NCBI RefSeq assembly: GCF_001194135.2
Contig: NC_068987.1
Location: 10,899,096-10,963,095 of the forward strand
Length of the DNA: 64,000 nucleotides
Direction of reading: 5' to 3'
DNA from: Octopus bimaculoides
Lineage: Eukaryota
The notes below the pieces were generated by a model. The model saw nothing but the letters and a program-made list of their open reading frames with translations, did not search any database and was not told the origin of the DNA. This document shows positions 49,748 through 61,470 of the stretch, one piece after another. The stretch's first letter is position 1; the number at the start of each line of letters is the position of its first letter. A program made the translations under genes and the position numbers.

Positions 49748-50132
49748 CCCTTTAACATTTAAACCAGCCAATTCCGACCTAGTCCAGCCAAAATAATCTA
49801 CCTGTTTTATGCTCAAATAGGCCAGATCTGGCCTCGAGAATTTAACAGCTACCTCATCAAACTCTCAAAGCTACAAAATAATACATGATTAATTCAAAAC
49901 AATGTGAATAAATAGGCATCACATTTACACTCTCTGAGATACTACACTCTCTGAGTGGTTGGCGTTAGGAAGGGCATCCAGCTGTAGAAACTCTGCCAAA
50001 TCAGATTGGAGCCTGGTGTTGCTATCCGGTTTCACCAGTCCTCAGTCAAATCGTCCAACCCATGCTAGCATGGAAAGCAGACGTTAAACGATGATGATGA
50101 TGATTTAACAGAATAATTTAAATGCTAAAGGG
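49748..50132 (+). mobile_element. piggyBac-like MITE family 2 split by an RTE 3' UTR insertion (about 49927-50103)
   Basis: CCCTTTA...TAAAGGG-TTAA termini; the MITE resumes after the (GAT)n tail. Confidence 0.8.
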
Positions 50133-51019
50133 TTAAACAACCTGTCCTCAATGTTATTCCTATTTAGACTTTTCTCTTCCTCAACAATTCATATTCCTGC
50201 TGAAAATTTCATTTACATTTATGCTAGCAATTACCTAAAATATATTTTCTTCTTTCTGCAAAATATGGCACAAAAAACATCATCATTGGTATTTCAGAAC
50301 AATATCTGAATAGAATTCCAACAAATTTGCTTACATTTGACTAAGTGAATTTAAATCTCCTCATGAGAGAACTTCAAAACTCTAAGATCTTACCTAGAAA
50401 AAGTCGCTGTTAATTTCAAAAATGCATTTTTGTGCAATATGCACTTGTATGTGTGCTTGTTGTATTTTTCATTAAATACTAATCTTCACAGATGTATGAC
50501 AAGGAACTTTCGTAAAGCTACATTCCTAATTTAAAATTCCACCAAATTGTCTATGTGTTCAATATCTATTATCTACCACACCTGAAATTCTATAAGCGGA
50601 ATTCATCTACAATTCACAGTAAAAACAAAATAACAAAACAAAGCACAACAATGAAAATAAAACGATGTTCTAATATATTTCATTTCATATATTTGAATGG
50701 AATTCTTTCGGTCCTCTATTGAACCAAGCCGAATCCTAATAGCACTTTATTCTTTGAGATAAAGCTGTAAATGAAAACATTAGCCCATAAACCTTTTTTT
50801 AAACATTTTTAACATTACCAATCAATTTCATCAAAAAAAAAATAAAGACATTTCTTTTGTTTTGTCTTCCTTTTTATTTTATTATCAGCAATTTTCCTTT
50901 GAAATGTTCAACAAAACACAGAGCATCAGAAAACAACAATAAAATTCTCCTATTCACTGTAATTCACTGTTACTGCCAAAAGTCACATACTGTGTCTTAC
51001 CTAACCCTGTACCATTTAA

Positions 51020-51413
51020 CCCATTAGCATTTAAACTGGCCAAATTTGGCCAAAATATTCTGGACATAGTTGTCTAGTTGTTCTAAATCAACTTTCCTCA
51101 AATAGACCTATGATCGAGGGTATTCCAGCTGTGGCCATCCTATCTTATATAGGGATGTTTAGAACTGTAATATTTAATGTGTCTTGTTCCTTAATCAAAA
51201 TAGCAGGTTGCTGTATCAGGTCAAAATATTTAATCTGTTTTATGTTGAAACTGGCCAGATCAGGCCTTTCACCTCAACCCTACAATGTCATTCTAAAATA
51301 TAAAATTAATCACATCATCGAAATCTTTAAGCTACAAGATAATGCATGATTAATTCATAACAATATAAATAAACGAACATTATATTTGAAAGAATAATCT
51401 AAATAGTAAAAGG
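51020..51413 (+). mobile_element. piggyBac-like MITE family 2 with an insertion of about 160 bp
   Basis: TTAA at both ends; caaaatatt duplicated at 51051-51059 and 51222-51230; the insert includes the family H tail motif gacctatgatc.agggtattccagctgtggccatcc. Confidence 0.7.
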
Positions 51414-51825
51414 TTAATGGAAATTTGGTTGCTATTTCTAGCAGTTTGAGTGACTTTCTAGATGCTCATATATAATGTGTGTGTATGTATCTTTTGCCAA
51501 AATACACATTGGAGGGTGAAAATTCATACATAAGCTGGTGTGTCTGAACAAAAATACTTGTAGCATTCTCTTTAGCATTACTTAATGTGGATATATTATA
51601 GAAAACTGCAGTATTCATCTCAAGAAAGCATCTCATATAGACATATAGTGCTAAAAAGTACAGAATTATCCACTATCAGTCACATGCTAACAAATTTCTC
51701 TTCTGTTGATATTCAAAAACAGTGATTAATAAATCACTGGTATCGCAATTAACTGGCAAGCTGGGTAAATATTTTGTTATTAGCGATAGGCTTCAGATTC
51801 CCTTATCCCACTTAACCATTTGAAT

Positions 51826-52043
51826 CCCTCTGCATTCAAATTTCTTTGTCAAATGTATTGCCTATTTATTCACATTGTTTTGAATTAATCACGTATTATC
51901 TCACAGCTTCAAGATTTCAATGGTGTGTTTGTATATTTTTAGAATGGCATTGTTGGGTAGGTGTAAGAGGCTGGATCTGGTCAGCTTTAACATGAACCAG
52001 GTAGAATGTTTGGGATGGATGTGGCCAGAATAAATGTTACGGG
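51826..52043 (-). mobile_element. piggyBac-like MITE family 2
   Basis: Reverse complement of the 51215-51413 body; ends GGG-TTAA. Confidence 0.75.
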
Positions 52044-52207
52044 TTAAATGTAGCGAGACAGTGATTGGCCTATCAGAGACCTGTAACTGTTGATGCTCTT
52101 GTCCACAAAATGCATGATACAAATATCTAGAAATTGAAAAAAGAATCCTTGGCTTACAAATATAAACATTTTAACTAATATTTTCTTTAAAATGAACAAA
52201 TATAAAT

Positions 52208-52440
52208 ATGGCTTTGAAAATATTTATATTTTCAAATATATATATATATATTTTAAAATATATTTCATATTTGCAAATATATTTTAAAATATATTTCATA
52301 TTTGCAAATATATATTTTAAAATTTATATATATTTGCAAATATATATTTTATATTTTCAGATATATATTTTAAAATTTGTATATATTTTATATTTTCAAA
52401 TATACATTTTGTATTTTAAAAAAAAAGTATTTTGTATTTT
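52208..52440. repeat. AT-rich degenerate minisatellite / low complexity
   Basis: Recurring ttt(g/t)caaatatatatattt units. Confidence 0.75.
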
Positions 52441-53368
52441 CAATGAGAATAAAATAATTTATTTTAGAATTGAATGACAAATAAAAGTTGGCTCATTACA
52501 TTTTCTCCTGTTTTTTTTTGTTTTTTTTTTCTATTCCAGTAGGATATTTTGCAGGAAAAGACCAAAAGTAAAAGAATAAAAATATGAACGAAAAATTATA
52601 ATAATGGATGGATTATTGGCGTGTATTTTTGTAGGTAAGGTATCTTGTTATTTCTACAGAGTGCATATATACTAATTCAGAATCATAGTTTTTCTTTTAA
52701 GTATACATTTCTTCTGCTTTCTTTCTTTCACCAAACATATTAGAAGATCTTAGCCAAGCTGCTCAGATAAGATAAAAGTTGTTGTGTTCGTGCATTCTTC
52801 TTTTGTTGTTGTTGTAAAGATGAATAAAGCCATGATATTCCTAAAATACCTGTAACCTATTGGCTCTGTACGGCTTTCAGAATGTCCAAATACATTAGTC
52901 CTATATANNNNNNNNNNNNNNNNNNNNNNNNNNNNNNNNNNNNNNNNNNNNNNNNNNNNNNNNNNNNNNNNNNNNNNNNNNNNNNNNNNNNNNNNNNNNN
53001 NNNNNNNNNNNNNNNNNNNNNNNNNNNNNNNNNNNNNNNNNNNNNNNNNNNNNNNNNNNNNNNNNNNNNNNNNNNNNNNNNNNNNNNNNNNNNNNNNNNN
53101 NNNNNNNNNNNNNNNNNNNNNNNNNNNNNNNNNNNNNNNNNNNNNNNNNNNNNNNNNNNNNNNNNNNNNNNNNNNNNNNNNNNNNNNNNNNNNNNNNNNN
53201 NNNNNNNNNNNNNNNNNNNNNNNNNNNNNNNNNNNNNNNNNNNNNNNNNNNNNNNNNNNNNNNNNNNNNNNNNNNNNNNNNNNNNNNNNNNNNNTATATA
53301 TAAGGATTTACTTTTCGTAATGAGATGAAAAACCAAGGTTGTGTATAATATCGAACATTTATAAATAG

Positions 53369-53416
53369 GTCTTACAGCTGTTTCCAGGATATTTATTATA
53401 TCCCTTCATCGGATAC
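53369..53416 (-). ncRNA. Minimal type I hammerhead ribozyme-like motif (U4 to C variant)
   Basis: Minus strand GTAT-CCGATGA-A-GGGATAT-AATAA-ATATCCT-G-GAAA-C-AGCT-G-TA/AGAC. 7-bp stem II, GAAA box, palindromic AGCT loop III, GUA triplet; stem I has one mismatch. Confidence 0.6.
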
Positions 53417-53498
53417 GGTGTGAGAGGATCATTAAATAATAGTTAGTTTAGATAAGATAGGAAATAGAGAGTGAATGCAGGGAATATTGTATTTGTAA

Positions 53499-53595
53499 AT
53501 CCATTGTTTAGGCAGAATGGTATACATATAAGATTCCAATACCTTCACAAGGTATTGGAATCTTATATGTATACCATTCTGCCTAAACAATGGAT
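53499..53595. repeat. Perfect 47-bp inverted repeat with a 3-nt loop
   Basis: 53499-53545 is the exact reverse complement of 53549-53595; loop CAC. Confidence 0.97.
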
Positions 53596-53609
53596 ATATA
53601 TATATAAAA

Positions 53610-53812
53610 TGGAGACTGTTGTGTCAAAATGGTATTAAAAACTTTGTTGCAACTAGCATGAACGACTTTGAGATGCAGGGCAAAGGAGAAAAGTTGCCGC
53701 AAATATACCACCTGCACTGATCTATAATCCTCATGCTTGCCGGATCTGTGGGCTTTTTTGCAAATCGTTTGTGGGACTGAAATGTTACATTCGACATAAG
53801 CATTTTGACTGA
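53610..53812 (+). mobile_element. RTE-clade LINE C-terminus with a decayed C2H2-like finger
   Basis: WRLLCQNGIKNF...(frameshift) QRRK...CRICGLFCKSFVGLKCYIRHKH*, resembling the CxxCxxxCxSxxGLxxHxRxH end of some RTE/BovB-like ORFs. Confidence 0.55.
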
Positions 53813-54067
53813 CAAAGAAAGAGTAGATTGTTGGATCCTCATACATCAAAATTGATGGGAGAGTCCAGCACCAATACACACACACACATATTCGTATATA
53901 TATTTGTATAATTTCAATAATACGTAAAAAAGTGTGTTACTGTCTGGGAGATCTTTATGGTAGTAGAAAAGGCATTTAGCTCCTATTTCTAAACTCAGTG
54001 TGCAACGAAGCAATTAGCTGATCCCTGATTATAATTATGTTTATAATTATAGAATATTTGTATATAT

Positions 54068-54108
<41 letters not shown>

Positions 54109-54529
54109 TGCGTGCACACATATAGTTCACACCTTATTCCAGTTTATTGTCAGATCCTCAAGGATTGTAGATTGTGTTACGTACACATCAAGTGCCTTTC
54201 CTGTCCACGTTTTTCACATTTTATGCATTAATAAGAAAAGAAAGAAAGAAACAAGCAAAAAAATAAGAAAAGAACAGATAAGAAAACTTGGCTAATAGCA
54301 TTATAGTAAGTTGCCAAATTCAAATGTGAAGAAATTCATAATTTAATTCTCTACGGAGAATGCTTCAGCATAATTTATTTGCCATATCTACAATTTTTAT
54401 TTACACTTAAAAATTTCAACAAATTTCCCTCTGAGGGTTTGAATATAAAATCTCTTTGGATTTTTTTGTTAATCGTTTATTTTCTAAAATCCTCCCCTTT
54501 CTAATAATAGGAATAATGGTTTTATATTT

Positions 54530-54933
54530 TGGTACAAAGACAGAAATTTTGGGGAGGGGGTGAGTCAATTACATTGATGCCAGCGCTCAACTGGTATTTG
54601 TTTTATTGACCTTGAGAGGGGGGAAAGGTGGAATTTGAACTCTGATGGGTGAAATAGTTACCGCTAAGCACAGTAACTATTCTGCTGGCTCGCCGCCTTA
54701 ATTATAATAATAATAACCCTTTCTACTACACGCACAAGGCCTGAAATTTGGATAGGAGTGGGGGGAAGTCGGTTATATCGGCCCCAGTACTTAACTGGTA
54801 TTTAATTTATTGACCCTGAAAGGATGAAAGGCAAAGTCGACCATGGTGGAATTTGAACTCAGAACGTAGCGACGGGCAAAGTTCTGCTAAGCATTCCACC
54901 CAGTGTGCTAATGATTCTGCCAGCTTGCCACCC

Positions 54934-54935
<2 letters not shown>
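54530..54935 (-). mobile_element. Two tandem SINE C copies separated by (TAA)n
   Basis: Copies at about 54530-54700 and 54715-54935, both with ggaatttgaactc and gc(t/c)cgcc-type heads. Confidence 0.75.
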
Positions 54936-54965
<30 letters not shown>

Positions 54966-55555
54966 TGCAGTATCAGGTAGTGTCTTTCGTGGCTTCTGAT
55001 CTTAACTGATTGGAAGTGTTATCATGTACATTGTTTTGTCTTGGTATAAAATATGGGCTACGGCAAATATTCTACTCAATAATGCCCTGATGCAGTACCA
55101 AGCAGTGACTCCCATGGCTTCTCATTTTAACTGATTTGAAGTGTTATCATGTCCATTGTTTTGTCTTGGTATAAAAAGATGGGCTACAGCAAATATTCTG
55201 CTTAATACCACAGATTTGCTTGTCAGTGGTTTGACCGTAACCAGTTGAGCATGTCCCTTGGTGGCTGACAAATATGTGCATCTCTGATCATGAGCAGAAG
55301 TATTTGGAGAGCATCATAGCCATGTGTTGAGAGGAGTTCTTTGGGGTTTGAATAATTCACCTTTGGAAACATGGGTGTTTTGCTCAACATCCTTAAACAA
55401 CCCTTATTCAGGGAACTTTTGAGCAGGATGGGCTACTCAACCTGAAAAAAATTCTAACTGGGCCCCACCTGCAAAGTCATGCACTATTTGTTGTGATATA
55501 AGATCACCATGTCGTGCACATATGGTTGTGATGCATGTGCCTGTTATATCCTTAT
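54966..55555. repeat. Unclassified repeat with a 125-bp tandem duplication at its left end
   Basis: Units start at 54966 and 55091. I recall this as an abundant octopus repeat but have only one copy here. Confidence 0.5.
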
Positions 55556-55664
55556 TAGATGTGGTTGGTAAGCAAGCTACTTACCACACAGCCACTCCTG
55601 TGCCTATATATAAGATTTCATCGTTAAAATTTAACTGCAATTAATTGGTTATACTTCTATAATG

Positions 55665-56067
55665 CACGATGGCACCACCTTTCAAGCGTGATCGTTACCA
55701 GCGTCGCCTTCCTGGCACTTGTGCCGCAGCTTCGCGTTCCTGGCACTTGTGCCGGTGGAACGTGAAAAGTCATTCGAGTGACATCGTTGCCAGTGCTGCT
55801 GGACTGGCTCCTGTGCGGATGGCACATAAAATACACCATTTCTAGCGTGGCCGTTGCCAATACCGCCTGACTGGCCTTCGTGCCAGTGGCACGTAAAAGC
55901 ACCCACTACACTCTCGGAGTGGTTGGTGTTAGGAAGGGCATCCAGCTGTAGAAACTCTGCCAAATCAGATTGGAGCCTGGTGTAGCCATCTGGTTTCACC
56001 AGTCCTCAGTCAAATCATCCAACCCATGCTAGCATGGAAAGCAGACGTTAAATGATGATGATGATGA
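55665..56067 (+). mobile_element. RTE 3' UTR copy with four modules and a (GAT)n tail
   Basis: Aligns to 8270-8455 and 12661-12943. Confidence 0.85.
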
Positions 56068-56204
56068 AGAATTCCTTTTGGAGGTTGATAAAATAATCAC
56101 CAGTTGATACTGAGAGCGATGTAATCAACCTACCTCTTCCCCAAAATTGCTGGCCTTGTGCTAGAATTTGAAATCAGTTTTTAATTAATAAAATAAGGTA
56201 ATGA

Positions 56205-56400
56205 GCTGGCAGAATCCTTAGCATGCTGGATGAAATGCTTAGCAGCATTTTGTTCTTTGCTTTCTGTGTTCAGATTCTGCCGAGGCTGACACTGCCTTGG
56301 GGTCAATAAAACATGTACCTGTTGAGCACTTGGGTCAATCTAACCTGTAATCAACTTAGCCGCTTCCTTGGAATTGGTGGCCTTGTGCCAGATTTTGGAA
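56205..56400 (+). mobile_element. SINE family C, diverged
   Basis: gagctggcagaatccttagcatgctggatgaaatgcttagc... Confidence 0.7.
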
Positions 56401-56456
56401 TCAGTTTTGAGTTACCAAAATATAATGGGATTTTTTCAAAACATCATATGTTTATT

Positions 56457-56522
56457 AGGGTCCAGTCGAGTAAAACAGGAATGAAAGGGGTCCATAGACA
56501 AAATAACAGTTAAGAATCACTG
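56457..56522. mobile_element. hAT terminal fragment, same family as 40029
   Basis: agggtcca..gagtaaaa.ag.aat.aaaggggtcc...GTTAAGAATCACTG. Confidence 0.6.
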
Positions 56523-58449
56523 GTATAAATAATCATATGCAAATAGCTAAGTAACAAATAACAATAAAAAAAAAAATTCATGGTCTAATCATAATTTTCT
56601 CATCTTTCTGCTCCATTCCATTAAAAAACACTGGATTAAAACTAGGAATAAAACCATTTTTTTCTTTCTTTCTTTCGATATGTACCAAACACCTCAAAGA
56701 GGATTGGACTTTTTAACATTTATTCATTATTTATTTATTCATTTATTTATGCTGCTATACCAATATACTTAACTGCGACGTAAACCAAGTACTAGTTTAT
56801 TCTCCACCTCGCTCTCGAGTTGTTGACTTTTATGTACTATTTTCATGTCGATAATAGGAAATTGGATGTGATTAAATTAAACATTTCTCCTATTAGTTGA
56901 GAGATCTGATAGTAGTTCTTCTCGGTTTTCTGTGACTGGAATATTAAAAATAAGGAAATGTGGTTTCTGGTTTTCTCTGGTTTATCTTGATTCTCTCTCT
57001 CTCTCTCTTTCGCTTTCTCTTTCTCTTTCTCTGGTTATCTTGATTTCCCCTCCAAAGTTAGCTTTGGGAATTTCACTTTTATTCCATCTCTTTGATTTGG
57101 GTTTGATTTTATTCTGTTTCATAAAGATAGATAGATTGCTTTTCATGAGTACCAGCGCCGACAATATTAACTGCACTTGCATTTGATGTTAATGTGACTC
57201 TAGCACAGAGTTTTCTGGAAATATTACTTTGCTTCATGTTTTCGCTCTGACTTCATTTTCGAATCCTGTTTATTGATGGATTATTTAGTTCCATCTGAAG
57301 TAGTTAGTGTTTGAGTAAGAAATAAAGAAGAACAAGTGTGTGTGTGTGTGTGTTTGAGTAAGCGAGCGAGGAGGAGAGAGAGAGAGCGAGAACAAGAAAA
57401 GATAGGGAGAAAAAAAGTGAGAGGAGAGCAAAATGCAATGTAGTGGGAGGCGAAAGAAATGGAAATGAAACCAATGCTTTCTGATATTTTCTCAAGCAAT
57501 TGGACATTTCAATCAGCATTCAGTAACAACTTCCCCTGAGTTTCCAATAAAACTTAGCAAACATCATTTGCAATATAAGTGAAAAGTGCTGTTGATATTG
57601 GTACAGAGAATGAAAAGTTTCTTTAGCCTTCTTGCCGAAGTAAATACTATATATATATATTTTTTATATGTATTTATATATGTTTGTATCTTTTTAATTT
57701 TTTTTTTTTTTAATCTTTGAAACGAAGTTTTTCCACTAATTCTTACTTAAATTGGTATGTAAGAAGAGATCAGTAAGAAAAGTTAACCAGAAATTTTTTT
57801 TCTGCTTGGCTAAGATTACTTAATGAAAATCTTATATTAGTCAGAAAAGCAGTATAAACCGCTGTTAGCGCCGAAGAAAGAACACTTGCTAAAGACGAAT
57901 TTCAATTGATTCTCCAGTTAATCGTTCCTTCGTATGAATCTGCACTAGTTTTTAGCAGTGAACTAAATAAGAATAAGCTCCTTTGAGCTGATTGGAATTT
58001 CAGATTCTGACGAAATAAAACATTCCATGCATGATGCCACATGTTTCATCCAAACTGTACTTTCTATGACTCTTTCCAATCTTCAATTTGGTCCGTTTAA
58101 TCTTTGATTTTGCATGTGTGTGCGTGTGCATAAGCTATGTATCTGTGTGTGCAAATATAGATATATATACATACATACATGCATCTATATATATATGTAT
58201 ATGTGTTTGTATATCTATGTGTCTGTCTGTCTCTCTGTCTATTTATCTGTCTATCTATCTGTCTGTCTAGGTGTGGCTTTGTGGTAAGAAGTTTGGTTTT
58301 AAACCACATAGTTTTGGGTTCAGTCCTACTGAATGGAAGACTGACATTAATTGATGAAGATGATGATTGAAGGGCTATTTACAGTGTTTTGTGACTGTAT
58401 GAGGCCCTATTTTCTGAACAGTTTTACATATTAATATTCTAACATATAT

Positions 58450-58660
58450 TCTACTCTAAGCACAAAGCCCGAAATTTTGGGGGAGGGGGCCAGTTGATTA
58501 GATCGACTCCAGTACACAACTGGTGCTTAATTTATTTGACTTTGAAAGGATGAAAGGCAAAGTCGACCTCGGTGGAATTTGAACTCAGAACATAAAAAGA
58601 CAGATAAAATACCACTAAGCATTTCAGCCGGTGTGCTAACATTTCTGCCATCTCGTTGCC
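58450..58660 (-). mobile_element. SINE family C, full length
   Basis: 19-bp TSD ttaatattctaacatatat at 58431-58449 and 58661-58679. Confidence 0.9.
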
Positions 58661-58681
58661 TTAATATTCTAACATATATCA

Positions 58682-58870
58682 AAGGTGGTGAGCTGGCAGA
58701 ATCGTTAACAAAACCAAACTAGATGTTAAGCAGTATTTCATTTGTATTAACATACTGAGTTCAAGTATGGCGAAGGTCGACTTTGCCTTTCTTCCTTTCA
58801 GGATCAATAAAATAAGTACCAGTTGGTCATTGAAGATGCCGGCCTTGTGCCAAAATTCGAAACCATTATT
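58682..58870 (+). mobile_element. SINE family C, divergently oriented neighbour
   Basis: ggtggtgagctggcagaatcgttaac...gtcgactttgcc. Confidence 0.75.
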
Positions 58871-58989
58871 CTAGCATATATTACTTTCAATATTGAAGAT
58901 TTTATCTTCTTAAAGAAACTAGTAAAACAAATTTTTTTTTGCAAGCTATTTAATCATGGCATCGTTCATCTTTTCCCACATGTTGTTGT

Positions 58990-59367
58990 TGGCACTCCAT
59001 CGCTTACGATGTCGAGGGTTCCAGTTGATCCGATCAACGGAACAGCCTGCTCGTGGAATTAACGTGCAAGTGGCTGAGCACTCCACAGACACGTGTACCC
59101 CTAACATAGTTCACGGGGATATTCAGCGTGACACAATGTGACAAGGCTGACCCTTTGAATTACAGGCACAACAGAAACAGGAAGTAAGAGTGAGAGAAAA
59201 TTGTGGTGGAAGAGTACAGCAGGGTTCGCCACCATCCCCTGCCGGAGCCTCGTGGAACTTTAGGTGTTTTCGCTCAATAAACACTCACAACGCCCGGTCT
59301 GGGAATCGAAACCGCGATCCTATGACCGCAAGTCTGCTGCCCTAACCACTGGGCCATTGCGCCTCCA
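58990..59367 (-). mobile_element. SINE family D, full length and near-consensus
   Basis: 11-bp TSD cttttcccaca at 58970-58980 and 59369-59379; (ACA)n tail. Confidence 0.9.
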
Positions 59368-59949
59368 CCTTTTCCCACAACTACCCGGTTATTTGCATCA
59401 ATTTTGCTATAGTTGTTATAGTGAGATGTAAGGGTTTTTACTATAAAATTTCATCTAAATGAAACTATATATTTCTGACAATCCTTTAAACTCCTCATGC
59501 AAACCCATTCTCTCATTTCTTTTCTCTCTTTTTTGTTTTATCGTTTGTTTTTGTTTTCACTTCAACTGCTAGCATAATAATAATAATAACAGACCACGAC
59601 TACGATCACTACCGTCTTGTATCCATGGCTACTGTTAACTACTTACATTGTACCTTTTCGCCTTTGTTTGCTGTAGCCCTTAAGTTTTATACTTACTTGT
59701 ATCTGTTGTCCTGACCTGAATATCATTTATCTACACAGTCCTTTCTTGATTTCAGGTTTTTAGTTTTTTTCTTCTTCACTTTTTCCGTTCACTTGACTCA
59801 AGAAATTTCAAATAAGGATAAGCTATGAAAATCTTTATTGCAATTATTCAATCTTATTAAAATTCTAAACCCACAAAATTAAGGCTTCAACATCATCATC
59901 ATCATCATCACCACCACCACTGTCACCATCATCATCATCATCATTAATA

Positions 59950-60155
59950 TTGCAGCAAGCTGGCGGAAATGTTAGCACACCAGGCGAATTGCCTTAACGG
60001 CATTTCGTCTGTTTTTATGTTCTGAGTTCAAATTCTGCCAAGGTCGACTTTGTTGATAAATTAAGTACCAGTAAAACACTGGAGTTGATGTAATTGACTA
60101 TCCCCCTCCCACCAAATTTCAGGCTTTGTGTCTTTAGTAGAAAGGATTATTATTA

Positions 60156-60223
<68 letters not shown>

Positions 60224-60510
60224 GGCGGTGAGTTGGCAGAATCGTTAGCACACTGGAAGAAATGCTTAGTGGTATTTCACCCATTGCTACATTCTGATTT
60301 CAAATTCTGCTGAGGTCAGCTTTGTCTTACATCCTTTCAGGGTTGATAAATTAAGTACCAGTAAAACACTGGGGTCAATGTGATTGACTCATCACCTGCC
60401 CTCCAAATTGCTGCCCTTGTGGCAGAATTTGAAACCATTACGCCGGGCGAAATGCTTAGCAGTATTTCGTCTGTCTTTACGTTCTGAGTTCAAATTCCGC
60501 CCAGGTCTGC
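59950..60510 (+). mobile_element. Three tandem SINE C copies, with (ATT)n at 60147-60221
   Basis: Copies start at about 59955, 60223 and 60441 (truncated). Confidence 0.8.
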
Positions 60511-60786
60511 ATGGGTCAGACGGAATTTGTTGAGGCAGATTTTCCATGACCTGATGCCCTTCCTGTCACCAATCCTCAACTCTTTCCAAGCAATGTAATA
60601 TTTTTTCCATAGTGAGAGCTAGACATGTTTTCTCACAGAAGACTGGAGATGAACACCCCTGCTTGTATAAGGGTGATGCTCATTTACAACCACTGTGTGA
60701 TGTCCAGACATAGATGCACACAAACATACACACACACATCATTGTATGTATATACACATACGTATATGTGTCACTGTGTGTATCTG

Positions 60787-60945
60787 CATGATAGGCTTCT
60801 TTCACTTTCCATCTGCCAAATCCACTCACGAGGCTTTGATTGGTCCAGAGCTATAATATAAGACATTTCCCCAAGTTAATGCACAATGGGACTGAACCCT
60901 AGACCACATGTTTGGGAAGCAAACTTCTTAACTGCTGAACCATGT
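60787..60945 (-). mobile_element. SINE AB, A half, diverged
   Basis: ggcttctttcactttccatctgccaaatccactcac...gggactgaaccc. Confidence 0.75.
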
Positions 60946-61120
60946 CTGCCTATGAATTTATGCAAATTCTAAATTGTAAAGGAAGAAAGAGTACCTCTCT
61001 TGTAGTGATCAATTGCTCTCATTGAATGCATCTCATTGCTGGCTGAATTGACCATTTACATTTCCAGTAAAACCCAGAAACCCAACCAAAAACTATCATA
61101 TATCAGATATTCCCTAGAAT

Positions 61121-61470
61121 GACACTTTCAAGTCCCTGTCAAATCACACCCTCAACTCCCCATTAAATCACACCCTCAAGTCCCAGTCGAATCACACCCT
61201 CATGTCTCCTTCAAATTACACCTTCAAGTCCCCACCATATTACATACCCTCAAGTCTTAATCAAATCACACCCTCAACTTCCCATTAAATCACACGCTCA
61301 AATCCCTGTCCAATCACACCCTCAAGTCCTGTCAAATCACACCCTCAAGTCCTGTCAAATCATGCCTTCAAGTCCCCGTCAAATACACACCCTCAAGTCC
61401 CAGTCTAATACACACCGTCAAGTCCTTGTTAACTCACACTGCCAATTCTCCGTCAAATCCCACTCTACCA
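61121..61470. repeat. Minisatellite of about 14 units (22-25 bp), consensus AAATCACACCCTCAAGTCCYGTC
   Basis: Units read directly; continues into a family H tail at 61470-61610. Confidence 0.9.

Larger units (their letters stand above)
53301..53595 (-). mobile_element. Probable Penelope-like remnant in a (TA)n tract, with a hammerhead-like motif and a terminal hairpin
   Basis: (TA)n on both sides; hammerhead-like motif at 53369-53416; perfect inverted repeat at 53499-53595. Confidence 0.6.

Noticed and set aside
59295-59367. tRNA-like sequence at SINE D heads (likewise the A and C heads)
   Set aside because: A and B boxes are present but there is no complete acceptor stem, and each runs straight into a SINE body with a TSD.
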